The notes beneath the pieces were generated by a model, which had not been told where the DNA came from, did no database searches, and was given only the letters and a program-made list of their open reading frames with translations. A stretch of 64,000 nt of DNA from Lingula anatina (Eukaryota > Animalia > Brachiopoda). The stretch covers positions 4,712,001 through 4,776,000 of the forward strand of contig CM120642.1 of the NCBI GenBank assembly GCA_051362555.1, written 5' to 3'. A program made the position numbers and the translations under genes. Every line of letters starts with the position of its first letter. The first letter of the stretch is position 1. Shown one piece after another: positions 1 through 12,200 of the stretch.

Positions 1-264
1 TTTCATGATCAGAACACACTACAGCATAGTATTTATTTGAAATCCCTTGATAAAGTAATAAAATATCTCGTAAGCAAAAATATAATTTTAATTGAGATCA
101 AAACTTATTATTAAAATTGTCAGTTGCAAACACCACAGAGGCAAAAAATTAGACTCTTCATCAATTCTTGAGTACTCACAAGGGAAATGTAATTTGTGAT
201 TTGATATTTGACTATTCAGGATTCTAGAACGGGAATATCATGCTACGATTTCTTACTTTATCAG

Positions 265-3200
265 GCAAGTAACAGTGAGATCCACTCTTTAAAATCTGAT
301 GTTTTGGAAGCCTTCACACAGCTTGAGGAGTGCCATGTCAGACAACAGCGCAATATGGAGCCTCGTTATCAACAGCTCCTAAAATCTCGTGCCCTAGATC
401 CCATGAGCACAGCCAAGATGAAACAGCTGCGAGCTGTGACACAGAATATTGAAAAGACCCTAAATGATGCTAACTTTAAACTAGATGAAGAGTGGGAGAA
501 TCAGCAAGACAAGAAGGCCAAAGGGAGGTAAGTCAACAGGACCATAGGTGTCAGCATTGCATGACAAGACAGGCTACATAATTTATATGCTTGTGTCTTG
601 TCATTCATTCATTCATTCATTCAGCACTGAGTGAAAGAATAACTTTAATTTTTCCATCTAGGCAGATGCAGGCCCCCTCCACCGACACTATCTACAGAAC
701 CCTAAGTAACAACCACAATCTGATCCTGTCAATGACCAAGAGGATTGAGAGTCTGGTGACAGATTTGAAAGCCATGAAGTTACATAACCTGACGGCTTCT
801 TGGGAAAATAGGAGCTTTAGCATCCCAGAGGAGAAGAGGTATGTTGTACTGAAATGTATGTGGAGTGATGAATAATGACAAAGTGTAAAGAAAAATTTGT
901 GGGAGGTTTGCTTTTAGAACTTTGCTGATGAGTTTCTTCACAATTTATTTTTCAAAATACTGATTTAATAAAAAAATAAAATAATGATAATAATAAATAT
1001 AATAATAATTATAATAATAATAATGTTCAAGACTTCTTTAGCTATGTACAACTTGAATATTGAAAAATTTTCAACCTTAAATTTTTCCCCCACCAGTGAC
1101 CTTGAACACCAGGAGTTGGCCAGTCTGGCTGATAGTCTGCTGGAGACCAGACTGTCTCCAAAGAAACCCCCCGTGAAGAGTTTGTCACCAGAGAAGCAGT
1201 CCAGACTCCGTCAGTTGCTGGGAAGGAGGGCAGTGACACCTGTGAAAGTGACAGCTCCAGGTGACTATTTATTTATTTGTTTGATAATTTTTTTACTAAA
1301 TGACTTATTACTACTTGTCTTAAATCACAGTTTGCAACATCATCAGCCCCTGTTACCTCACCTGACCATCTGACCATGTAGCTCATTAACCTCTAGACCT
1401 AGTAAAAAAGAAATCAGTAAAACATTAATTGATCAGCCTTTCTGAAGAATATTTGCATTTCAGCCAATTTATCCATGTCCAAGATAGTCTCTGCACAGGA
1501 TCTTCGCAGAGTCTTGTCTAAGAGATTTGAGGAAGATTCTTTTATTGAAGAGAAACCCCGTGATACTGTCACAGAACTTAAGGCTGCTGCTAAGGTGAAG
1601 GAGAGCCCAGGAATTAATGGAAGTTGTTACAAAGTTCATTGCTTTACCACAGGATGTTGGTTGTATGAAAGGCTTATCAAACTGTTTTTTGTCCATATTA
1701 ACAAAATTTTCACTAATATATTAATATTGTGTTTCTTGTCGTCTGAACTATTTTCTTATACATCTAAATATTGACAGACATGCAGATAAACAGTGATAAA
1801 CAGATCAACATTCACATAACTTTAACAAAATTAAGATAAATGTTATCTTTCTAAACATAGCAAACTCACCTAGCCATGTCCCTTATTTCAGGAGGAAGAG
1901 AAAATTCCTTCCACTACCCAAGTTGTTCTTGCTTCTATGACAGCTAGAAAGGGGTTGTTTACATCACCAGCGTCAACTTCAACACCCTCTCGACCCTTGA
2001 CCTTTGGAACTGGTCCGGTGCCTCCATCTGGCGGCATGTTTGGTGGAGCAAAGATGGCTGAGAGCCCTGGTCCTGCCCTAGGCAACCTTATGTCTGCAGC
2101 ACCAGCAAAGCCGACAACTACCACAGTTACAGTTTTGTCTGGTACTAAGGTACTTATGGTGTTTTTACACTTTATTTGTGACTGTTCTACTTGTATTAGA
2201 TCGTATGATTATGGGATAGGTACAACATAAGTCAACAAGGCATATATGGTATACATTACTGTAATGCATGAGTGGATGTCCTATGCACCTTGCTGACAAT
2301 TGATGTATTTGACTTATACCATGACAGATATCAAAATCAAAAATTGGACATGTGGTGTATCCTGCAAAAACTACTTATCCTTTTATGAAGTAAGGGACCA
2401 TTTCCACAGATATTTGGATCAATCTATCTCCCTGGGGAGTCTCAATAAACTGCTGTCATCTTGACCGGCTTAAATGTCTGTCACGCCTAGTAAAGCTGTT
2501 AGGGGGTAATTATCTTTACCCTAGCTGACTCGGTAGGCATGACAGACATTTAAGCCGGTTGGTTAATAGCAACTTAGTGAGACTCCCCAGGGAGTTAGAT
2601 TGATCCAGATGGATCGATCTAGGCATGGGAACCCAGTCTAAATTTTGCTGCCATTCAAAATAAGTGGAATTCTTGATGTATTTTTTGTTAAAAAATCATA
2701 GATGATGCTATACGCTTATAAAAATAATTGCAATGCAAATAACTTTGATTTTAGCTGCTGTTTTGAAAAAACTATCATTGTAACTTTTGTATGTTAAATT
2801 TTAATTTTCTGCACCATTTTCTCTAATTACATCCAATTGCATCTAATTATATCCAATAATAATCATGTTGGTTGTTATATGTTCTCCAGCCTGCAGACAC
2901 TGGTTTGTGGCCAACCTTTGGCAGCATGTTTAACCCTGGGGCTGCTGGTACCATCAAATTTGGCACCGACAGCACCTTTAGCAGAGGGCCTCCAGCAAAT
3001 GAACCTTTTCAGGAACCTCAAGGTAAAATGAAAGATTCTATGTCTGCTCTCTCTTAGAATGAGATGTTATCCTGCATATTCAAATTTCTTGGTATCCTAT
3101 GCATTTTTTGTAATTTAAGTTATTGTATGCTTTGCACAGCAAAATTAGCTGCTGTGAGAAAGAAATGTAAATGTATGTGATGGTGAAAAAATGCTGTCAG

Positions 3201-6200
3201 TGACGCCACCTATTGTCATACACAACACTTAGGGACAAGCTTCACAAGAGAACTTTAGACCAAAAAATTGGTCCTCTTTGGTTTAGAAAAAAATATTGAT
3301 AGAATTACAGAGTAAAGATTGATCCAAAACAATAGCCACATCTTTCTGACTATAAAACATGCCCAATTTTACTGGGTCAAAGTGAACTGAAATTTTGGTC
3401 TAAAATTGGTGTTAAGTTCTTTTTTGAACCCGGCCCCAGAACATAATAGTAAAAGGGAGTTTAATTAATTGGGATTCAGTTGAAGACTTGACTCCAGAGT
3501 CCACATCAGAGAGTGGAGATGAGGAGGAGGAAGAAGACAGAGTGGAGGACCTGGCTGAGGAGGATAACCAAGCTGGTAAGAACTTCACAGATGAGGACTA
3601 ACAAGGTCAAAAACTGCCTGTTTTGTTCCTGTAATTAATGTTAATGTAATCTTGACTGGAATTTTAAATCCATTCAGTCACTGACAGCTGTTTCTGCTTA
3701 AGGCCAGTAGATTACCCAAATTGCCAGTTGTGTAAAATGTTTTGGCATGGATTGCTTGCTTTGGGGAACCTACAGATCCAGCTGATTATTGATTTTGATT
3801 ATTAACTTCTTGTACATTTTTGAAAAAAGTTTCTGTAATTTTATCCTATAATATTAGGTGTTGGCCAAACCTTACTAGCTGCAAGTGGCTCTGCAGGAGC
3901 TACTGGATTGAAAATTGGTTTCATGGGAGGAAATCAGACCAGCTTTACCTTAGGTTAGAACATGTAGTTTCCAGTTTCTACTTCAATCAGGGTACGAAAT
4001 AAGGACCGTCCGGCAGCCCGGGACGGCTCAATTATCACCCAGGCGGCCTCTTTCCAAAAGTTGCCAGTCCGTCGGTCTGGCCATTTTCTGGCCTCTAAAA
4101 TAATTGTATATCAATATGCACGTTCATATTAAGCAGATTTGGTTGAAATAAAACGAAAACAATGAGGCTCACCCTTCAAAAAAATGAACGAAAACCGAAA
4201 GTAGGTCCTACATGCTTATTCACTGTTTTCCCGGCATGCCTAGCGCAAAGACCCTTCACCGTGTTATGAAACATTTGATACAAAGTATCAAACGCGGCAT
4301 TTATATGCTTGTTTGCGAGACAAATAATGAACGATGTGTGCTCATTCAAGTTCAGAACAACACAATCTCTTCTAAATACGCAGTTTAATTTTTGATTCTT
4401 CTATAATCTGTAATTGTACGATGTCTTTCTCATAAAAGATTTAATTGAATGACGTCAGGACCCACGTGGATTACCCCTGTTGCAGTCTACCCTCTCTAAG
4501 TATTTTGGTGCTAATAATGAATGTGATGCCCCAGCACGTAAGAAAACAACACAGGAAGATAACAGACAGTCAAATAAAGTGTATGATGACACCAAAGCAG
4601 GGCTCCGCAGGTAAAAATTCAGTTCGGACAAGTGAATTTGCAGGGTGGGCTAGAACTTAAGAACAAAAATCTTGAAAAAGAAATTTCTGTTGCATACTAA
4701 CGTCTTCTCGTCTCTTCCTGGATGGCATTAAAAAGAGTGACCTACATTGGTGCAAAACACGTGGTCACAAAACAAAGTCTTAGCAAACTTACCGCCAGAT
4801 TATGAAAGTGAACACCTTTCAGAACTTCACAAGACAGAATTTATTCACATAACAGGCTGACTACTTAATATTTATTTGTTTTAAAATCTACGTGCTCTAG
4901 TAATAAAGACCGTTCCTAAAATAGAAACCACACAAGTACTGGGTACAACAGCCAGATTGGACTGGATGAACTGGATGTATCTAGTTTGTTGTCAAGGCAA
5001 CATACTGCCTGTCAATCAAATGTGTTGCACGCTATCACCTCACAACCATTTGAAGTTGGAAAGTCAAACTTTGGGAATGAAGATCTTGTTGAAATGTTGT
5101 TTATTTGCATAACCTGAAATTTTGTAAGATGTTTTATTTAATGACTCTAGCACCACCTGTGTTATTTACAGTTCAAAATTTAGTGCTGGAATTTGATAAA
5201 TTAGCAATGCTGTCATATACCAGTGTGATATTGATGTAAGGAAGAAAATTAGTGATAAAAATGTGAGAATTTAAATCAAAAAAGAAAGGGAAATTTTTTA
5301 AATGACTGATTTTATTTAATTCATATATTTAAAAAAATCAAACACGTTACCCCTAAAGAAAGCAAATATAATATAAATATCAATTAAAAAAAACTTTAAT
5401 ATTAGTGATATTTATATGTAAGTAAACTATTATACAATGAATATTCTTCAATTTTTAATAAAATTTATTCAAATATTATAAATTTTGAATATTTTAATAA
5501 AATAATATAATGCTGCCCCCCCCAAAAAATTGGTTTTGTTGGACAGATTGGATTCAAAATAGGACACGCCAAATTTATGGAAGTGGCCCCCCCTTCATTA
5601 AAGTTATGCTCATTAAAGTTAGCGTCAAGCCCTGCAAAAGGAAAAGATTAGTTTTGCCATCGTGGAAAACTGAATTTTCTGGGTTAATTCGTGATGAGAT
5701 TGATAGTAAAAACGTCATTTGTAACAAGCGGGTCATGCAACTAGACTCTGATTATGACGGTCACATGCAGTGAATCAGACTTTTCGGATTTGGGTTCAGA
5801 GCATAATGTTTCAGATGCTGACAGTGAAGAATAAATTCACTTTGAGACTAAGAGTCCTTGTTGTACCACCAGCGTAGGCGCTGGCGGTACACATGGTTTT
5901 AGTCCCGACCCGTATGTTCCGCCGGCTCCTGCGGCTCCTGCGGCTCCGCCGGCTCCTGCGGCTCCGCCGCCAAGTCACCGTTACCGCTTCTCCTCCTAGA
6001 CGGTAAGGGCCTCCATACCCATCTCTTGGATTTAGGTCACCTATAATCTCAACTCGTTCCACGTAAAATTTGGGCTTTGTCGGTATTGGGGTCTAGGTGT
6101 GGCACTCATTGCAATGCACCCTTGTCCAAAAATGGCAAAATTAAATGCTAATTATCTCCCCTACGGAAGGAATTATGGGAAAAATTTCTACAGACAGCTT

Positions 6201-9200
6201 TCCAAAAGTCATATGTGTAGATTTCAAATATGCCCTTGGATTTGACCTTTGACCTTTATTTCAAGGTCAAACGGGCCAAAATTTTCAAAAAAACAAAATT
6301 TTTGCTGAAAAAAAAATTATTTGCGGTCTTATTCAGACACCACACAGACTTAACTAATAATATTAATGGAAAGTGTTACCCTTCGGGTCATCTTTCATCT
6401 CCGTGAATTTGGGGTCAATCGGTGCATTTTCACGGGAGTAGCGGCCATAAGATATCGAAACTGAAAACTGTCTCTAATTCGGGAACTGTTAATGCTAGAC
6501 ACCCATTCTTTTTTGCATTTTGTAGAGCATGTAAAGCCCAACACTGGAGGTGGTCTCCGTTTTTTTGTATTCCATACGGTTTTCGAGTTACGTTGTATCA
6601 AAAAGTACATATTGGTGGTGAAAGCAAAATGTGCAGTACGGTAATGGATAAAAAATTTTGAACTCCGGAAAAATAAAACATAAGGCTTGGCAAAGCAGAC
6701 AACTTGTGGTCAAAAATGACATTATTTCATCAAATTTGAACATCTGGAACTTCAGAGCACCTCCCATTTCAAGAATTTTGACCAAAATGACCTTTTCTTT
6801 ATTTTAATTAATTTTTTCTGTAGGAAATTTATGGCACATTATGATAACTCCAAAATTATAACATTTAGTCCCTTATATAGTCCAGGAAATTGGTGAAAAA
6901 TTGTGCATTTTTTACCTACAAGCATGAAATTTGGCACACTTATGGACAATAAAATTCTAAGCAAATTTGGATATATGGGCATGTCTGAAAATTCCAAAAT
7001 GGCCGTCAAATCCAATATGGCCACCAAAATACCTTTTCAAATTAAAACTTCAAGTACATAGTCTTCTAATGACTTAAAATATCATATAAAGGTTAGAAAA
7101 CACCATGGTATGAATCCTTCAGGTGTATTAAATCCAAAATGGCCGCCAAAAGTAAAAAAAGCAGACCATTTATTCAAGATATCCATTTGAATGGGGAATT
7201 CATCAAGCACTTAAAACTACAAGCATAAAATTTGGCAGGTTTGTGGAAAATGAAATTCTGAGCAAGTTTGGATGTATGGGCATATCCGAAAATTTAAAAA
7301 TGGCCTTCAAATCCAAGATGGCCTCCAAAAATACGGCTTCTAATTAAAACTTCAAGTATATAGTCTTTTAAGGGCGTAAATATCATACAAAGGTTAAAAA
7401 ACACCACGGTATGAATTCAGAATCAATATTTGCTTTTTTAGGTGTATTAAATCCAAAATGGCCGCCAATAGTAAAAAGCACTGTACTTATCCAAGATATC
7501 CAGCAGAGTGGTTAATTCACCAAAAACTACAAGCATGGCATTTGGTACAGTTGTAAAACAGGATTCCAAGCACTTTTGGATGTATGAGCATGTCTAAAAA
7601 TTTCAATATATGGCCCCCAAATCCAATATAGCCGACACAAATAACCGTTCAAATTAAAACTTCAAGTATATATAATCCTATAATAACTTAAGATAACATT
7701 TTATGGTTAGACAAGACTTTGGTATGCATGAAGTATCAATATTTGATTCTTTAAGTGTATAGAAATCCAAAATGGCCTCCAAATATAAGAAAAACAGGCC
7801 ACTCACAGCAGCAGTATGGTGAATTCATCATGCACTTAAAACTACAAGCATGAAAATTGGCTCAATTGTACAGAACAGGATTCTAAGCAATTTGTTATAT
7901 AAGGACATGTCTGAATATTCTAATATGGCCACTAAAACCCTTTTAAAGTAAAAAAAGACTATTATATAATCTGACTGACAACAGTCTTTACTCTTTTTTT
8001 GGTTTTTCGCTCCTTTAGTTACATTTAGACCCAAATGACCATAAAAAATGGAACAGGACTCCTTTTGGTCTAGTTGTGACATCACATGCAGCAATTCTAT
8101 AAATGTCAAGGATATGAAAATGTCAAGGTATTTTCACAAATAAGTTTCAAATTAACGAAAGTTATTTTATCAAGTAAGTGTTGCACATTTTATGGGCGGA
8201 CAACCTTTTACTTTAGTAAATGGACAATATCTCAACAGAGAATAACAGCTAGCTACACCGAAATTTCTACTTATTTGGTTAAATAATTTTCATTCATTAA
8301 TGTGTGCCTAGCTTTACTAGTAGTTGTGTTTCCCTCAGCTTTCCCAGTATTTCCTTAAAGCTAAAGCTTCTACATGTAATCCACTTTCCCCAACAAAATA
8401 CCAAGAGGCATTGGTCGTTTTTAACACCAGAAAGCATCAGTTTACATGCATGAGGGTCAATAGGAATATGAAAGTGTGGTAGGGCATAGTAGTAGATGTA
8501 GGTTACTAGTGTGAACCCTTATAGGACCAGTCTTCCAATGCTTCTGACTCAGTTTACATGCATGACGGTCCATAGGAACATGAAAGTGTGGAAGGGCATA
8601 TTTGTAGATGTAGGTTACTAGTGTGAACCCTTATAGCACCAGTCTTCCAATGCTTCTGACTCCCCTCACCACAGTTAGCAACTGCACACATAACTACAAA
8701 CAGATGTGGTAGGAGCTACCTGGTAGATTTTGTAAGCTGGGTAAGTGAATACTCCTCATGGCTTCATTCTGGATTGTCCCACAGAGACAATGATGCGGAA
8801 ATCTCATGAATTTTTACCTTTCAAAGTCCATATTGCACTAATTTCTTGGTCTAATCCTCAGAATACATCGTTTTTTGGAGTTTTGTATGTATTAACTGTC
8901 TGGAGGATTTTAATTCTTTTATTTTCATGTTCAGTTTTTTGAAAGTAAAAGTTTGTAACTAAACAAGTTGCCAAATGATCAATTGAAAACCAAAGTTTGG
9001 CGCCTATCAGTGCTTCTTTTTTAGTGCACGAAGTGTGAAGTCTGCAATGCAACTCTTGGATACAGCACGTATCAACACCTGCCCTCTGTTTGGGGTACAG
9101 GTATTTCTTTGCTCATAAATTTTCACTAAATTCTCTGTAGCCATTACTGCGAATGTTCTAAAGCCAATTTTTTAAATTAGAAGCTTTTCTAATTTACTTT

Positions 9201-12200
9201 TGAAGCACAAGATAACATCATAACATTATAGAGTGCAAATGTGCCCCGCTTTTAGTACTTTACCAATGAAAAACACCAAATTGTTGAGACCTGTATGTTT
9301 GATTAGCTGTCATTTTTGTTATATTTATGAGCATTTGATGAAGCGCCATGCACTGATCTAGCTGAAGAATCATAACCAACAGACAAAATTGGTACACCCC
9401 AAGTTTTTTTATATTTGCCTCTTTAAGGCTAAGTTATTTTGGTGTTTCTTTCACATTTTATGGATTTTGCACGATACTTTTTTTCTTAGAAAGGGGGAGT
9501 CACTTATGAGTGCCATATAAGAAGATTGCTAACTGGGAATTGATCTAAATGAGAATCCAGAGCAAAATGTCAAACTACTTATGTTGGTTTATCAAAAGAA
9601 GGACTGTTTTCAGTACATAATAAATGTATCATGCTTGATGGTTTTTTAAAAAACTCTGTAGAATAGCTCCTGCACAGGTAGGAATATGCTGATTATACAG
9701 GTACTTTGCAAAGCCCACATGCCTATTCACGAGTGATTACAATTCAATAGTTGTGGTCTGCTGACTTTTGGAGGCCATTTTGGAATTTTAAAACCTTAAG
9801 TGGCAGATACTGATACTTCATGCATACATACAATGGTATTTTCTTACCATTAAATGATATTTTTATAAAAGACTATACAAATAACTTTCACCTTGAAAGG
9901 GTATTTTGGGGGCAATATTGAAATTGGCTGGCATATTGGAATTTTCAGACATGCCCCTATATCCAGCGTTGCTTAGAATCATGTTCTACATAACTGTGCC
10001 AATTTTTATGCTTGTAATTGTAAGTGCTTGATGATTTTACAAAACTGCTGGATATTTTGCGTAAGTAAACTGCTTATTTTACTTTTGGAGGCCATTTTGG
10101 AATTCTATACACCTGTAGAAGCGGATATTGATAATTCATTCATAGCATGATATTTTCCAGCTATAAAATGATATTCTAAACCATTTTAGGACTATATATT
10201 AGATGTTTTAATTTAAAAGAGTATTTGTGGCAGCCATATTGGATTTGGCGGCCATACTGGAATTTTCAGACATGCCCATATATCCAAAAAAGCTTAGAAT
10301 TCCATTATCTACAACTGTGGCAAATTTCATGCTTGTAGGTAAAAAACGCACAATTCACCCTTTTTTCTGCACCAATTTCTTGGACTAATATCTCCAAAAC
10401 TGGCAGAGATAGGTCCATAGTTACTATTGAAGTTGAATAGGAAGTCATATACTGGCAATCTAAATGTGACCTTAAAATTGACCTTTGACCTACTTTTCAC
10501 CATGAACTGAACTTTGCAAATTTTGCTTCCTTTTTATCTCCAAAACTGGCAGAGATAGGTCCATAGTTTCTATTGAACTTGAATAGGAAGTCAAATGCTG
10601 GCAATCTAAATGTGACCTTAAAATTGACCTTTGACCTACTTTTCACCATGAACTGAACTTTGCAAATTTTGCTTCCCTTTTATCTCCAAAACTGGCAGAG
10701 ATAGGTCCATAGTCTCTATTGAACTTGAATAGGAAGACATATACTGGCAATCTAAATGTGACCTTAAAATTGACCTTTGACCTACTTTTCACCATGAACT
10801 GAACTTTGCAAATTTTGCTTCCCTTTTATCTCCAAAACTGGCAGAGATAGGTCCATAGTCTCTATTGAACTTGAATAGGAAGTCATATACTGGCAATCTA
10901 CATGTGACCTTAAAATTGACCTTTGACCTACTTTTCACCATGAACTGAACTTTGCAAATTTTGATTCTCTTTTATCTCCAAAACTGGCAGAGATAGGTCC
11001 ATAGTTACTATTGAAGTTGAATAGGAAGTCATATACTGGCAATCTAAATGTGACCTTAAAATTGACCTTTGACCTACTTTTCACCAAGAACTGAACTTTG
11101 CAAATTTTGCTTCCCTTTTATCTCCAAAGTTACGCTGTATCAAAAAGTACATATTGGTGGTGAAAGCAAAATGTGCAGTACGGTAATGGATAAAAAATTT
11201 TGAACTCCGGAAAAATAAAACATAAGGCTTGGCAAAGCAGACAACTTGTGGTCAAAAATGACATTATTTCATCAAATTTGAACATCTGGAACTTCAGAGC
11301 ACCTCCCATTTCAAGAATTTTGACCAAAATGACCTTTATTTTAATTAATTTTTTCTGTAGGAAATTTATGGCACATTATTGTAACTCCAAAATTATAACA
11401 TTTAGTCCCTTATCTCTCCAAAACTGGCAGAGATAGGTCCATAGTTACTATTGAAGTTGAATGGGAAGTCATATACTGGCAATCTAAATGTGACCTTGAA
11501 TTTGACCTTTGACCTACTTTTCATCATGAACTGAACTTTGCAAATTTTGCTTCCCTTTTATCTCCAAAACTGGCAGAGATAGGTCCATAGTCTCTATTGA
11601 ACTTGAATAGGAAGTCATATACTGGCAATCTACATGTGACCTTAAAATTGACCTTTGACCTACTTTTCACCATGAACTGAACTTTGCAAATTTTGATTCT
11701 CTTTTATCTCCAAAACTGGCAGAGATAGGTCCATAGTCTCTATTGAACTTGAATAGGAAGTCATATACTGGCAATCTACATGTGACCTTAAAATTGACCT
11801 TTGACCTACTTTTCACCATGAACTGAACTTTGCAAATTTTGCTTCCTTTTTATCTCCAAAACTGGCAGAGATAGGTCCATAGTCTCTATTGAAGTTGAAT
11901 AGGAAGTCATATACTGGCAATCTTAAAGTGACCTTAAAATTGACCTTTGACCTACTTTTCACCATGAACTGAACTTTGCATATTTTGCTTCCCCTTTATC
12001 TCTAAAACTGGCAGAGATAGGTCCATAGTTACTATTAAACATGAATAGGAAGTCATATACTGGCAATCTAAGTGTGACCTTGAAATTGACCTTTGACCTA
12101 CTTATTATCATGAACTGAACTCTGCTAATTTCTTTCTCTTTTAACTCCAAACCTGGCAGAGATAGGCCCATAGTTACTATTGAAATTGAATAGGAAGTCA

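Noticed and set aside
5811-6062. Arg/Ser-rich protamine-like ORF (RRSRRSRRS)
   Set aside because: Translation of the 9-bp GC-rich microsatellite of the HINE 5' end; not maintained in copy 2.
6395-6785. Short ORFs recurring at 11130-11436, 28394-29084 and 29473-29901
   Set aside because: They recur only because they lie in copies of the same non-coding element; no recognisable protein motifs.
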